Shown piece by piece: positions 1-12,558 of a stretch of 64,000 nucleotides of DNA (position 1 is the first letter of the stretch; every line of letters starts with the position of its first letter). This DNA is from Eledone cirrhosa. Its lineage: Eukaryota. Below the pieces are notes generated by a model that saw only the letters and a program-made list of their open reading frames with translations, had not been told where the DNA came from and ran no database searches. The position numbers and the translations under genes are program-made. Location of the stretch: positions 114,638,001 to 114,702,000 of the forward strand of contig OZ024743.1 in assembly GCA_964016885.1 (NCBI GenBank). The letters run 5' to 3'.

Positions 1-384
1 GTGAACACTCTCCGCATGGAATCCACCGGCAAGCGCAGGCTAAAGGCATGCGCGGGAGCGCACGCCGACCAGAGTGGCGAAACGGGTTCGAGGGATCAGA
101 CACAATACCCTGATGACAGTATATGCCCCGTGGGGTAAACCAAAATAACTCAAGATACATACCCGACTTTACACGTCACCTTAGGCAAGAACATCGCCTG
201 AGCCGGGACAGGTTGACCCGGATTCCACTGACTTTCAGTCAAATACCTATAGGACAACATATCTCAACCACAGTGACATAGTCCAATATGGCTGGTCCAC
301 GCAGCCCCATGCATGTGTACCTTTTCAATCGAGAATCCATACTCTCCACGTATTCCATTTTCGAACACATATTATTTGTTCCGT

Positions 385-652
385 ATAGTGTACATAGGTG
401 AGACAGCTCGTAGTGTAGGGGAACGGATAAATGAACACTGGCGAGACCTTCAAGATAGTAAAGAATCATCTGTACCAACATGCTAAAATAGAACATAAGG
501 GTAAATTAGAGAACATAGAAATAAAAATAGAATCTACACACAGAAAAGACGCAATGTTTAGACAAATCACAGAGGCAATAAACATAAATGAACTCCAACC
601 AAAATTAAATAGAAAATATGAGTGGAACAGCAACATCACAACTTACAATTAA
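385..652 (+). pseudogene. Penelope-like element GIY-YIG endonuclease C-terminal remnant (frameshifted)
   Basis: Manual translation from ~385 gives VYIGETARSVGERINEHWRD; a frameshift leads into ORF 431..652 HLYQHAKIEH...AMFRQITEAININELQPKLNRKYEW, typical of PLE endonuclease ends; an HHR follows at 854. Confidence 0.8.
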
Positions 653-853
653 GGACAAAATGAAAACACACACATACATAGAACAAACAACCAACCGGTA
701 ACTTGTAAATAAACAAATAAATAAACAAATTTTAACACACACAGACACCCGGATGTGGCGCATGCGCAGACTGAGCACACAACACACACAGAGAAACAAA
801 ATGGCGTAGGACAGAACAAAGGAGAGGCACAAAAACAAAGAAAAGAATCCCCA

Positions 854-896
854 GTCACTGAAGAGGTCACATAATGTGTGACGAAAGAACTTTGAC
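854..896 (+). ncRNA. Minimal type I hammerhead ribozyme in PLE 3' pLTR
   Basis: GTCA-CTGAAGA-G-GTCACAT aat GTGTGAC-GAAA-GAAC-TT-TGAC; stems I and II pair. Confidence 0.75.
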
Positions 897-1099
897 AATA
901 TATAAACAACTATCTGGTTGTGGAACCAACCAACCAGAAATTTATAGATTCCTAAATTTATAAATTTATTATAATAAATTGAAGTGAAAGCAACTGGTGC
1001 GTGTGTTTCTTATAGGCAACATGACCCTCCTAAAGTATAACAATATCGGTTTCAACACACGATTTCAGATAAAGAATCTTGCTAAACAAATTCAGAAAC

Positions 1100-1705
<606 letters not shown>

Positions 1706-1975
1706 GAGTATGAACACGAAAGCGGTAGACTGAGTGGGAGAAGAAGTGTTGGACATAGAAAATAGAAATGTTATTATTTTATTCCTTGCGGCTAAAGCGG
1801 TATGTGCAAAATAAAAAAAAGGGGGTGAGAGGTACTTATATGCAATATAGTAAGAACATCCACTCTCTAGGTTGTAACACAGTCAGTTCACACTCTACTG
1901 TCTTAAGGAATAAAGGAAATATTGGCAGCTTGTGTATATATGTGTCCTTGTATCTTTGTATACATACACACACAC

Positions 1976-2058
<83 letters not shown>

Positions 2059-2150
2059 GTCAAGACCCTCTTCCTGCTATTTCAAGCGTTAACCTAATAT
2101 ATTCCTTCCATATACTGTATCGATTGTGTTGTTATTTCTGTTTACATTCT

Positions 2151-2215
<65 letters not shown>

Positions 2216-2739
2216 TACGGGGGGGGGGGCGTGTCGATGTGCGTGTGTTTCGGGGGTACATCGTTTGATGCAAGCTACACCAAAAGCTTTGATAGCATAT
2301 ATCTTCAAAGCTATGAATGGACAAAGGAGAAGAATTAAATGGTTGCCAAACATCAGTAATTGAATGGAAAGAGAATATCTAATGTAATATAGAAAAGAAG
2401 GCCCTACATAATACGACTCAGATATCACAGATGACGTTTACTGGTACAAACATTTACAAAGTTACATATAAATGTAACAAGTACAAGAAATGTTAGTGAA
2501 TAAAAGAATTTCATATCTGATGGAACGTAACGAGAACAACGAGTGTCGTTATATTCTATGCAACTCATGCTGAATAGGTAAGCTAGCAATCTATAATAGA
2601 TGTTTGTTACTCTTATTACAACAAATTTGTGTCACCATTGATACATTATTCGGTTTATTCAACAACCATTTCTCTAAATTTTTTTTTCCGCTCCGAGTTA
2701 TTCATCTAATATTAGTTAGTGACTATTAATATAGTTATC

Positions 2740-2829
<90 letters not shown>

Positions 2830-2901
2830 GTATATATATATATATGTATATATGTATATATATAATATATAAGAACAAAAGATGGTTAAAAGAGTTCCAT
2901 G

Positions 2902-2970
2902 TATTTTATTATGCGCATTTCAAAAACAAATATCATTATGCAATAATATTTGTGTTTTCATCAGATAAAA
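2902..2970 (-). ncRNA. Hammerhead ribozyme, family C
   Basis: Reverse complement TTTTAT-CTGATGA-long stem II-GAAA-TGCGCA-TA-ATAAAA; homologous to 14463-14722. Confidence 0.8.
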
Positions 2971-3337
2971 CAGGAAGACATGATATGAAGGTTAAAAAAC
3001 ACTTGTGGCTAGTGCAGTTTTAAATCAACATATGAAAAGTAGTTTTAGATTGATGTGTGATATTTGGAAAAAATATTTTATTTTGAGGGGGGTGGGGGTG
3101 GAAAGGATGAAAAAGAGGAGGAGATGAGAGTAAAAAGTGGAGAGGGACGAGTATAATGAGGAAGGATGAGATAGGAGGAGAGATGGGTGATAGAGTGAGA
3201 GAGATAGCTTTTATAACTGAGAAAGATATATTGTTTTACATAGAGAGGTTGAAAACCGTTGGAAGATAATGTATAAATTAAAAGAATTTGAAAATTAACG
3301 AAGAGAAAAATAATGTAAAGTTAAGGTTTGTATATTG

Positions 3338-3505
3338 AAGGGTTTAATAATATGTGCGATGAAAAGAAAATGTTAATATGTATTAAGAATAATATTTAAG
3401 GGTTTAATAATATGTGCGATGGAAAGAAAAAGTTAATATGTATTAAGAATAATATTTAAGGGTTTAATAATATGTGCGATGGAAAGAAAATGTTGATATG
3501 TATTA
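3338..3505. repeat. ~60-bp tandem repeat, about 3 copies
   Basis: aagggtttaataatatgtgcgatg.aaagaaaa.gttaatatgtattaagaataatattt repeated. Confidence 0.85.
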
Positions 3506-3877
3506 TTAAAAAGAACAACAGGTAATTTAAGTAAGGATATATTGTGGGATGAGCATGAATGAGTTAGATGAAAGGGAGAAAAGAATAATGAATTGAGGAT
3601 GAATAATCTAACGTCAAAAAAATGTTTATGTTTACGAAGGATTTTTACAAGGTGATATAGAGTAAGAATGTATTGTATTATGTAATAATTGATTCTATGT
3701 TAGGCAACAGTGAGAAAAGGTACAGATTAGGAGTTAGACATTAAAAGAAAAAGAGAAGAAAGGGAAGTGATAAATAGGAGCGATATAGAATGAGTAACAA
3801 GTATTATATAATGTATAATAAAAACTTTGAAATAAGGTAGAAAGATGGGTATATTTTTAAAGAAGTGTATATATATG

Positions 3878-4352
3878 CTGACTAGCACGAAGCTTGGCTT
3901 CCGCCCAGGAAGAAGCTACCTTACACAGCTGCTACATCACTACGACTGGGTACTGAAACAACTGCTAAACAGCTCACATGTGGACGTGATATAACTTGAC
4001 TTTGCGAAGGCCTTTGACAAGGTCGACCACGGAATGATATGCACAAACTACACGGACTCGGCATAACTGGAAAAGTAGGTGAGTGGCTGCTCGACTTCTT
4101 AAAGGACAGAAGCCAGGCAGTCGCAGCAAACGGGACCCTCTCAAAGGAAACATCAATAACAAGTGGGATGGCACAGTCCTGGGACCACTACTGTTTTTGG
4201 AGACTCTCTCAGACATGCCCTCTGTAGTACATACAACATTCCTCACTAGCTATGCTGATGACACTAAGGTAGCACAGGCAATCAAAAACCCGACTGACGC
4301 TGCCCTTTTACAACAAGATCTGGATGCCATATACAAATGGGCGGAAGACAAT
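3878..4352 (+). mobile_element. LINE reverse transcriptase fragment (CR1/L2-group-like), same family as 34125-35410
   Basis: Encodes [19 protein letters not shown] and YADDTK with frameshifts; near-identical to the 34 kb copy. Confidence 0.9.
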
Positions 4353-4559
4353 TTAAATATTTATATATGTATTTTTTTATTTTTTTATTTTCTTATTTTT
4401 TTCTTTCATCTCCTCTCGCTCCACGTCCTTTTCTTCTTTAAGTTTATAATATTATTATTTGTGGTATAAAAATGTTGAGATTTGATGAAATAAATCACTG
4501 CCAATACTGCAATTGAAATATCAAGACCGTAGATGTATGTCATATATCAAATCATATAT

Positions 4560-4628
4560 TTTATTTGATGAGGACGTACTGGAAAAAAAAAAACACAGTA
4601 CCTTCGAAATATATATATATATAATAAA
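4560..4628 (+). ncRNA. Hammerhead ribozyme candidate with an (AT)n stem III
   Basis: TTTAT-TTGATGA-GGAC-GTACTG...CAGTAC-CTTC-GAAA-(TA)n-TA-ATAAA. Confidence 0.6.
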
Positions 4629-4798
4629 GCATATATTTTGATTATGTGAATATCTTCATTTGTTAATATTTTGAATAATATTAAAACTCCAGGAAAAATG
4701 TTTTTCCTGTTGAGTGCTTTTAATCTATTGTAAAACTGTATTCATTGAGTAATCAATGAACCATATTAATCTTTGGTCATATATATATATATATGGTC

Positions 4799-4829
<31 letters not shown>

Positions 4830-4864
4830 TATATATATATATATATATGGGAGTCGAACCCACA

Positions 4865-4917
<53 letters not shown>

Positions 4918-4919
<2 letters not shown>

Positions 4920-5000
4920 GAACAAGACTCTACTACCCTAAGTATTGAGTACTTTGGTGCGTTATGGTCCACCTGGTTCCTTACCACATTTCCTTCGTTA
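4918..5000 (+). repeat. Family B 3' tail fragment in (TA)n
   Basis: ctctactaccctaagtattgagtactttggtgcgttatggtcc shared with the copies at ~13950, ~26730 and ~32480. Confidence 0.85.
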
Positions 5001-5016
5001 TATATATATATATATA

Positions 5017-5451
5017 TGTAGAAGATCACGCCACCTAGCCTTTACTTCGGAGGCAGTCGATTACTGCCCTTAGTTCTGACGTCACATTCTGAAGTCAGTA
5101 GCTGAAAAAAACTCTCTCTTCGGCTGCTGTCTCTTGAGGCGAAAAGACGCGTTTTCACGATGGCAAAACAGCGATAGCACACCATGCGGTCACGGGATAA
5201 TTGAAAACCGACAATAAAAGATAATTACCAATTACCAACCTAGGAACAACTGATATGATAACCTGTTTTGTTAATTGCTCTGATTAAAATACTCATGTAT
5301 ATATAATCTCGAGGTATGTTTTTTATTTGCGTAATTGTGTACCTACACCTTAACAACAATTAGAAGAGATGTTCTACCAGCCAAGCTAGGGAAACGAACT
5401 CCCCTCTAAACCATAAAAACAATGCAGCTTTCTAAAATGGCGACCATCTCT

Positions 5452-5455
<4 letters not shown>
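5017..5455 (+). mobile_element. Possible solo LTR in (TA)n
   Basis: Starts TGTAG, has AATAAA at ~5213 and a TGGCGACC motif near the end; ends CCTATA rather than CA. Confidence 0.3.
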
Positions 5456-5538
<83 letters not shown>

Positions 5539-5541
5539 AAA

Positions 5542-5592
5542 GGCTTCTGCAGGACTAGAACTGTTTCATTCGGGAGAAATCATCAGGAAGCC
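5542..5592 (-). ncRNA. Hammerhead ribozyme (family L), cleavage triplet mutated to GCA
   Basis: Reverse complement GGCTTC-CTGATGA-TTTC tccc GAAT-GAAA-CAG..CTG-CA-GAAGCC; homologous to 28609-28657. Confidence 0.65.
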
Positions 5593-5717
5593 GACTGTGG
5601 CATTTATATATTTGATGGTCGTTATATCTACTGCTATTTATATCTTTTCTGGTGGTAGGAGAGGGTGGTGATTCGGATGGGTGGAGGTCATTGGTTGATG
5701 GGTTTAAAGAAAAGGGA

Positions 5718-5761
<44 letters not shown>

Positions 5762-6542
5762 AAATATGGGTAATATTAAATATTATCCAATTACACATAT
5801 GAGAATAGTTCAATGCAAAATGTCAAATAACAAATATAATACAGAGCTGATGTACTTTATAAATAACAATCTATGAGTGTTTAAGAACATTTAATTACTA
5901 ACGATCGTTTCATCCAAGCCCATGGCCGGATTAATCTAAGTATAAATCAAAGGTTAAAACACAGATAAACTTGTCAAAGAACATTCAGGGGAAACTTAAT
6001 ATGGGGAGAAAGCCTAAACAATAAATATTAACAGTCATATAAGAGAAATATGATCATATAAATGTAAATAAGAGCAGCTAATAGCATACAAAGACTTAAA
6101 AACATGCTGGAGTAGAGAAATATGCTGCTATAAGGAAGTTAAGCATAATGCAAAGCATAGAACATGATAATAAATTTACAAATAACATAAGCATTTTATA
6201 TAAGTCTATAAAAGTTAATGCATGGATCAATATAAATTTAAGTATGTAAAAATACATCTTCAAAATATAATTTTTAATATATTATTAATAAAAAATTCTA
6301 CTATATCTTTCAGTCTGAAATGTGTAAATGATCAATGATACTCCAAATGTAATAATATCAGCTGGGAGTAGTCAGCAAAATAAACGGTAAAATGTAGTTA
6401 TTATTAATAATTAATCAAACCAAATGAAGGGATTAATTATTAACAATAACATGTTAATGTTTATTTAGCTGACTACACCCAGCTGAACGTTAGTAATTAA
6501 ATGTTCTTAAACGCTCTTTGATTGTTATTTATAAAGTATGTA

Positions 6543-6895
<353 letters not shown>

Positions 6896-6989
6896 ACATG
6901 TCCGACCAGTGTGTCGGACATGCTGTTGTAGCCACTGCTGTTTTAGCCACACGGTAACGCCATTCCACTGGCTAGGTGGGCAGGCCGTA

Positions 6990-7274
6990 AGTCTAAAGTC
7001 TGTCTTAAGCCATAGGACTCACTTGGCCGGTGCTTATCCCTTTTTTATTGCGTGAAGCGACTGAGAGTACAAGCCGCCAAGCTGGACAGCACGCCAGTTC
7101 ATCGCAGGGTTAAACCTCCAGCTATTGCTGGTACTCATTTTCAGCTGAGTAAACTGGAGCAACGTGAAATAAAGTGTCTTGCTCAAGGAAACAAGACATC
7201 ACCCGGTCCGAGAATTGAACTCACAATCTTTCGATTACAAGCCTACTGCTCTTACCACTAAGCCATGCGCCTTC
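6990..7274 (-). mobile_element. tRNA-derived SINE (second family; also 12259-12395 + and 23130-23287 -)
   Basis: Reverse complement has A-box TGGCTTAGTGG, B-box GAGTTCAATTC and central ccttgagcaagacact. Confidence 0.8.
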
Positions 7275-7290
7275 ACACACACACACATAC

Positions 7291-7406
<116 letters not shown>

Positions 7407-7419
7407 TCATATATACTTA

Positions 7420-7502
<83 letters not shown>

Positions 7503-7679
7503 GGTTCTCTTCTTGCTCACATCTCACTCACGTTGGACGGTCTGTATCTTGATCGCTCATGAAATCCACCGAGCTTATGCTGACCCGATAACCATGTTGC
7601 TTGTTTATTCCCATCTTTGCGTTGCTTTCATCCTTCTATGTTGTTTACTTGTCCCACTCGCTTTACACGATTTACTTGT

Positions 7680-7771
7680 CCCGTAAGGATGAAAGGCAAA
7701 GTTAACCTTGGCGGGATTTGAACTCAGAATGGCAAAGGCCGTAACTCTATGCGTCCGACCCTCTACCGATA
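7680..7771 (-). mobile_element. tRNA-derived SINE fragment (major family)
   Basis: Matches 57981-58171. Confidence 0.8.
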
Positions 7772-8026
7772 ATAATGCTGTGATATATATTTCAATGGCG
7801 ACAGTGGCCCCACTGTTCTGTGCGCCAATGTCGCGACATCGTCAGACAGCTTGTTACATAATAAGGTTATGTTTCCGAGGCAATCCAAATTGAATCGACA
7901 TGGGAACGGACGAAGTGTGTGCTTTTGGGTTCTTCATTCGTTCCTTTGTGAGTACCAATTCACCCCACCAGTCTGCGCAGGTATATATATATATACTTTG
8001 TTTTTATTCATTATTTTTATTAATTT

Positions 8027-8097
<71 letters not shown>

Positions 8098-8112
8098 TAC
8101 ATACATATATAC

Positions 8113-8146
<34 letters not shown>

Positions 8147-8214
8147 TACATACATATATACATTATATATATATATATGTAAAGTATATAAGTATATATG
8201 AATATATATATATA

Positions 8215-8284
<70 letters not shown>

Positions 8285-8299
8285 GTATATATGTATGTA

Positions 8300-8337
<38 letters not shown>

Positions 8338-8356
8338 GTATATATGTATGTATGAA

Positions 8357-8397
<41 letters not shown>

Positions 8398-8454
8398 GTA
8401 TAAATTAATAAAAATAATAAAAACAAAGAAACAGTTCCTTATATTAAAAAATTC

Positions 8455-8588
8455 ATCATTTTACGATCGTTTCTAGGATATATATGTTTGTGTTGGTATG
8501 TATATCATATAGATCTATGTAAAATTTTTGCAAACTATCAGAGGGAATATACATACCTACATATATATATGCTGTCTTCAGATATTTA
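8455..8588 (-). ncRNA. Hammerhead ribozyme with ~100-nt stem II region (family G)
   Basis: Reverse complement CTGAAGA...CCTA-GAAA-CGATCG-TA-AAATGAT; paralog at 39586-39719; stem I degenerate in this copy. Confidence 0.55.
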
Positions 8589-9353
8589 ATGTATATATGT
8601 ATATATGCATGTATGAATATATATATGAATATATATATGTATATATGTATGTATGAATATATATATATATGAATATATATATATATATGAATATATATAT
8701 ATATATATATATACATAATTATAAAATTCTATTGATGGATTAATTGTTTATGTTTGTTTGATAACTTCTAGTTGAGTGCTTAATTCGGTTTTTGTAAAGG
8801 AATTTTATTCCTTTGTTCCAAATTTGAATTGACCGCCAAAATCGCGGGTTACCTCCCTTTGGGAAAACCATGTGCTTTCTAGCAGCGCTTACTCTAGCAT
8901 TCACACCCGAGCGGACGAGAACGAAAAACTTGTTGACGAAGTAAACTCCATTGTTCTATCTTCAAAAACCTTTCAACTTACAGACAACTGCAAGTGGATT
9001 TTGTCGATTTCGATTTCACAGAAACCTAGCGGAGATATTATAGATTATATGTGATGTATATTATATTGGATATATTATGTGTACTGTATGATATCGACGT
9101 GATGGTCCAGGTTTGTCAAACATTTTTCCTGAGTTCAGTCTTTTCGTCGCTATGGTCCCTACGGCCCGTTTATCGTTCGCCGTCAATCAATTTGCAAAGC
9201 TGTCTATAAGTAATGATATAACTCTAGGGTTATATACCCCATTGAATGCTTAGCTGCACACCGAGACTGCATTCGTTAGCTTGGCTGCAACTAGAGCTTC
9301 GTTGATGCTGTACTGAATTTGGTATGTATATATATATATATATTTATAAGTAT

Positions 9354-9423
<70 letters not shown>

Positions 9424-9448
9424 ATGTATATATATATATATATGTATG

Positions 9449-9535
<87 letters not shown>

Positions 9536-9554
9536 ATATATATATATATATATG

Positions 9555-9614
<60 letters not shown>

Positions 9615-9640
9615 TGTATGCATATATATATATATGTATG

Positions 9641-9713
<73 letters not shown>

Positions 9714-9851
9714 ATATATATATATATATGTATGTATATATATATATATATGTATGTATATAAAACTATGTATGTATATATACATATATATATATACGTG
9801 GGAAAGTAAAAAATCGGAGAATAGACCGTTAAAACATTTTAATTTAAAACA

Positions 9852-9891
9852 GCACCTACGTACGTTTCGCCCAGTTGGACTTCTCAAGGGC
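9852..9891 (-). ncRNA. Hammerhead ribozyme, U3-A8 core variant
   Basis: Reverse complement GCCC-TTGAGAA-GTCC aact GGGC-GAAA-CGTACG-TA-GGTGC. Confidence 0.8.
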
Positions 9892-10176
9892 ATAAATAAT
9901 CGCAAGTTTTCCTTATATTGCTCGGAAAGAGTTTTTGGGGTTAAATCCACATCACGGTTCATTGCTCGCAAAAATATCGTGTTTTGATTTTGCAGCAGGT
10001 CAAGTGAGGTAACTCTGGCCGGTGTTAGGGCAGTCTTTCCCGGACAATTTTTTTTTTCCCGCATCCGTTTGTCTGAGGCTGGGTCTGGTATGCAAGGATT
10101 GTTTCCTGGGTATTATTTTGCAGCGCCTGCCCGCCGGGGTGTTAAGACTTGTTGCAGGGAGATCCAGTGTACTGTT

Positions 10177-10610
10177 TCACTCTTTATCCTTGACCCATCT
10201 GAAGAAGGATATTTTTAAGCGATGTGTACAACTTATCGCTGTTTCAGCTCTGCTGTTGATGAGCTCGTGGGGTGCAGTTATGATGTGGTAGAGCTCCATG
10301 AGGCAAAGATCGCATTTCCTCTTGGAGTTGTACGGTTCAGCCCTGCCGACAATCTCCCAGTGCGTGGAAAAGCTGATGTTTAAGTCGTTTAGTGATGTGA
10401 TGTAGTCCGCGAGCGAAGTGGAGTGCCTTAGTTTTCTATTTGTGAAAGAGTGGAGATGTGTTCGAAACCTAATTTTGAACGGGCCGGAGGTGGCCCCTAT
10501 ATAATGTTTAACGCTGTTGTGGCTAGTAATAGTGCATCTATATATAACCCTATCGGTCAAGCAGTATCCTCTAAGGGGGCAGCGTCCTCTGTCGCGGCAG
10601 TTACAATTTC
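10177..10610 (-). pseudogene. GIY-YIG endonuclease domain with Cys-rich linker
   Basis: IY/YIG motifs, catalytic R and E, CxC-x5-C-x5-C linker, CxxC and CxH motifs. Confidence 0.88.
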
Positions 10611-10626
10611 TGTCTTTACAATTTAA

Positions 10627-11808
10627 TTTATATATATATATATATATAAATTAATATTTGATGAACATTTACATGTTTTAGTTGCAATTGACTAATAAAA
10701 TCGCTAGAGTGAAAATATCTTAATTCAACAACATAAAGTCTGCCTGTACGATCTAAAAAATAATAAATCAATACTCACAGACTCATATGGGCAAAAAGCC
10801 TTGGTACCTAGACTCGTTTAAAATTCAAAATACAAACTTTTTCCGCAGATCGGTCAGAACTTCAAACGTCAAACATGTTTCTCAAAGGATGGTATAATAG
10901 TAAAATAATTAACTAATTAGCAGTGAGTTAATCAACTTTTTCTGTGTTTATCAATAGGTACCCAGATAAAATTAAATAACTCCACCTCAGAAAAATATCT
11001 AAGGTCTGGTTAGCGTAGCGAAAATACACGAGGTTTTGCACACGGCTTATTCCAGTCCTCTAACGTCCCACACATAGTGCTAGAAATAACAGCCGTTTAT
11101 ATGGGATTACGAATTCAGCTCACCTGGGGGAGCAGTGATAAATAGCTTAGAGTTTAGACTCAATGGGGTCATTTACAATCATTTCAGCTCTAAGAATCGC
11201 TTCTGAGCAGTATAAATTAATATTTGATGAACATTTACATGTTTTAGTTGCAATTGACTAATAAAATCGCTAGAGTGAGAATATCTTAATTCAACAACAT
11301 AAAGTCTGCCTGTACGATCTAAAAAATAATAAATCAATACTCACAGACTCATATGGCTCGTGTATTTTCGCTACGCTAACCAGACCTTAGATATTTTTCT
11401 GAGGTGGAGTTATTTAATTTTATCTGGGTACCTATTGATAAACACAGAAAAAGTTGATTAATTCACTGCTAATTAGTTAATTATTTTACTATTATACCAT
11501 CCTTTGTGAAACATGTTTGAAGTTTGAAGTTCTGACCGATCTGCGGAAAAAGTTTGTATTTTGAATTTTAAACGTGTCTAGGTACCAAGGCTTTTTGCCC
11601 ATATGAGTCTGTGAGTATTGATTTATTATTTTTTAGATCGTACAGGCAGACCTTATGTTGTTGAATTAAGATATTTTCACTCTAGCGATTTTATTAGCCA
11701 ATTGCAACTAAAACATGTAAATGTTCATCAAATATTAATTTATACTGCTCAGAAGCGATTCTTAGAGCTGAAATGATTGTAAATGACCCATTGAGTCTAA
11801 ACTCTAAG
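10627..11808. repeat. Composite direct plus inverted repeat with a PLE pLTR-like architecture
   Basis: 10627-~10790 is repeated directly at 11212-11357; 11357-11745 is the reverse complement of 10627-11031; 11745-11808 is the reverse complement of ~11150-11212. Confidence 0.85.
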
Positions 11809-11828
11809 GTATATATATATATATATAT

Positions 11829-12181
11829 ATAAAGAAAAAGGGATGAAATCGAAAATGCAACTGAAGTCTTATTTTTTTTAAAAATATATATATTTATTTG
11901 GTTCCTTTACCGGCTCGCAGTTCTTCTGCTTTTCAAAAGGTGAGTTGAGATGGAGGGTCTGTGGTTTTTCTCACAGATGTGAGAAAAACCACAGACACTC
12001 CATCTCAACTCACCTTTTGAAAAGCAGAAGAACTGCGAAACCGGTAAAGGAACCAAATAAATATATATATTTTTAAAAAAAATAAGACTTCAGTTGCATT
12101 TTCGATTTCATCCCTTTTTCTTTATACTTCCACTCGTGTAGGACACCTCGGTTATTTTTCATTTTGTAAAAAAAACCTCAC

Positions 12182-12189
<8 letters not shown>
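11829..12189. mobile_element. Family A head-to-head inverted pair
   Basis: Palindrome centred at ~11976; intact HHR on + at 12013-12050, mutated copy on - at 11904-11940. Confidence 0.9.
12013..12050 (+). ncRNA. Hammerhead ribozyme, U3-A8 core variant (family A)
   Basis: CCTT-TTGAAAA-GCAG aagaa CTGC-GAAA-CCGG-TA-AAGG. Confidence 0.82.
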
Positions 12190-12256
<67 letters not shown>

Positions 12257-12521
12257 GTGAAGGCGTGTGGCTGAGTGGTTAGAGAATTGTATTCGCAATC
12301 GTAAGGTTCTGATTTCGATTCCTGGACCAGGCGATGCGTTATCTCCTTGAGCAAGACACTTTATTTCACGTTACTCCTTCTACCTGGAGTTGCGACTGAT
12401 AGATAGTATTAGTAATTGGAAAGACCAACGGAAACATTGTTCCCACGGTCCGATTTGACGAAAGTCGATCATTCCTAATATATATATATATATATATATG
12501 GATATATATATATATATGTAT

Positions 12522-12556
<35 letters not shown>

Positions 12557-12558
<2 letters not shown>

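Larger units (their letters stand above)
9795..10620 (-). mobile_element. 5'-truncated Penelope-like element (Naiad-type GIY-YIG) in (TA)n
   Basis: CNCRDRGRCPLRGYCL precedes ORF 10177..10560 (VIY...YIG...RF.TH...CDLCL.E...CTH); HHR lies downstream; flanked by TA tracts. Confidence 0.88.

Noticed and set aside
70-125. GAAACGGGTT...CTGATGA as a permuted hammerhead
   Set aside because: Stem II partners do not pair and stem I is weak.
3030-3870. Degenerate PLE endonuclease on the minus strand upstream of the family C HHR
   Set aside because: Only faint Cys/His hints (SPCKNPS, HSCSSHN) with many stops; not supportable without an alignment.
6990-7274. tRNA gene
   Set aside because: The A/B boxes belong to a multi-copy SINE head with a long non-tRNA body.
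11829-12189. All palindromes being sequencing foldback artefacts
   Set aside because: Most arms differ by substitutions or indels and polarity is uniform, which argues for real insertions; not excluded for the perfect ones.
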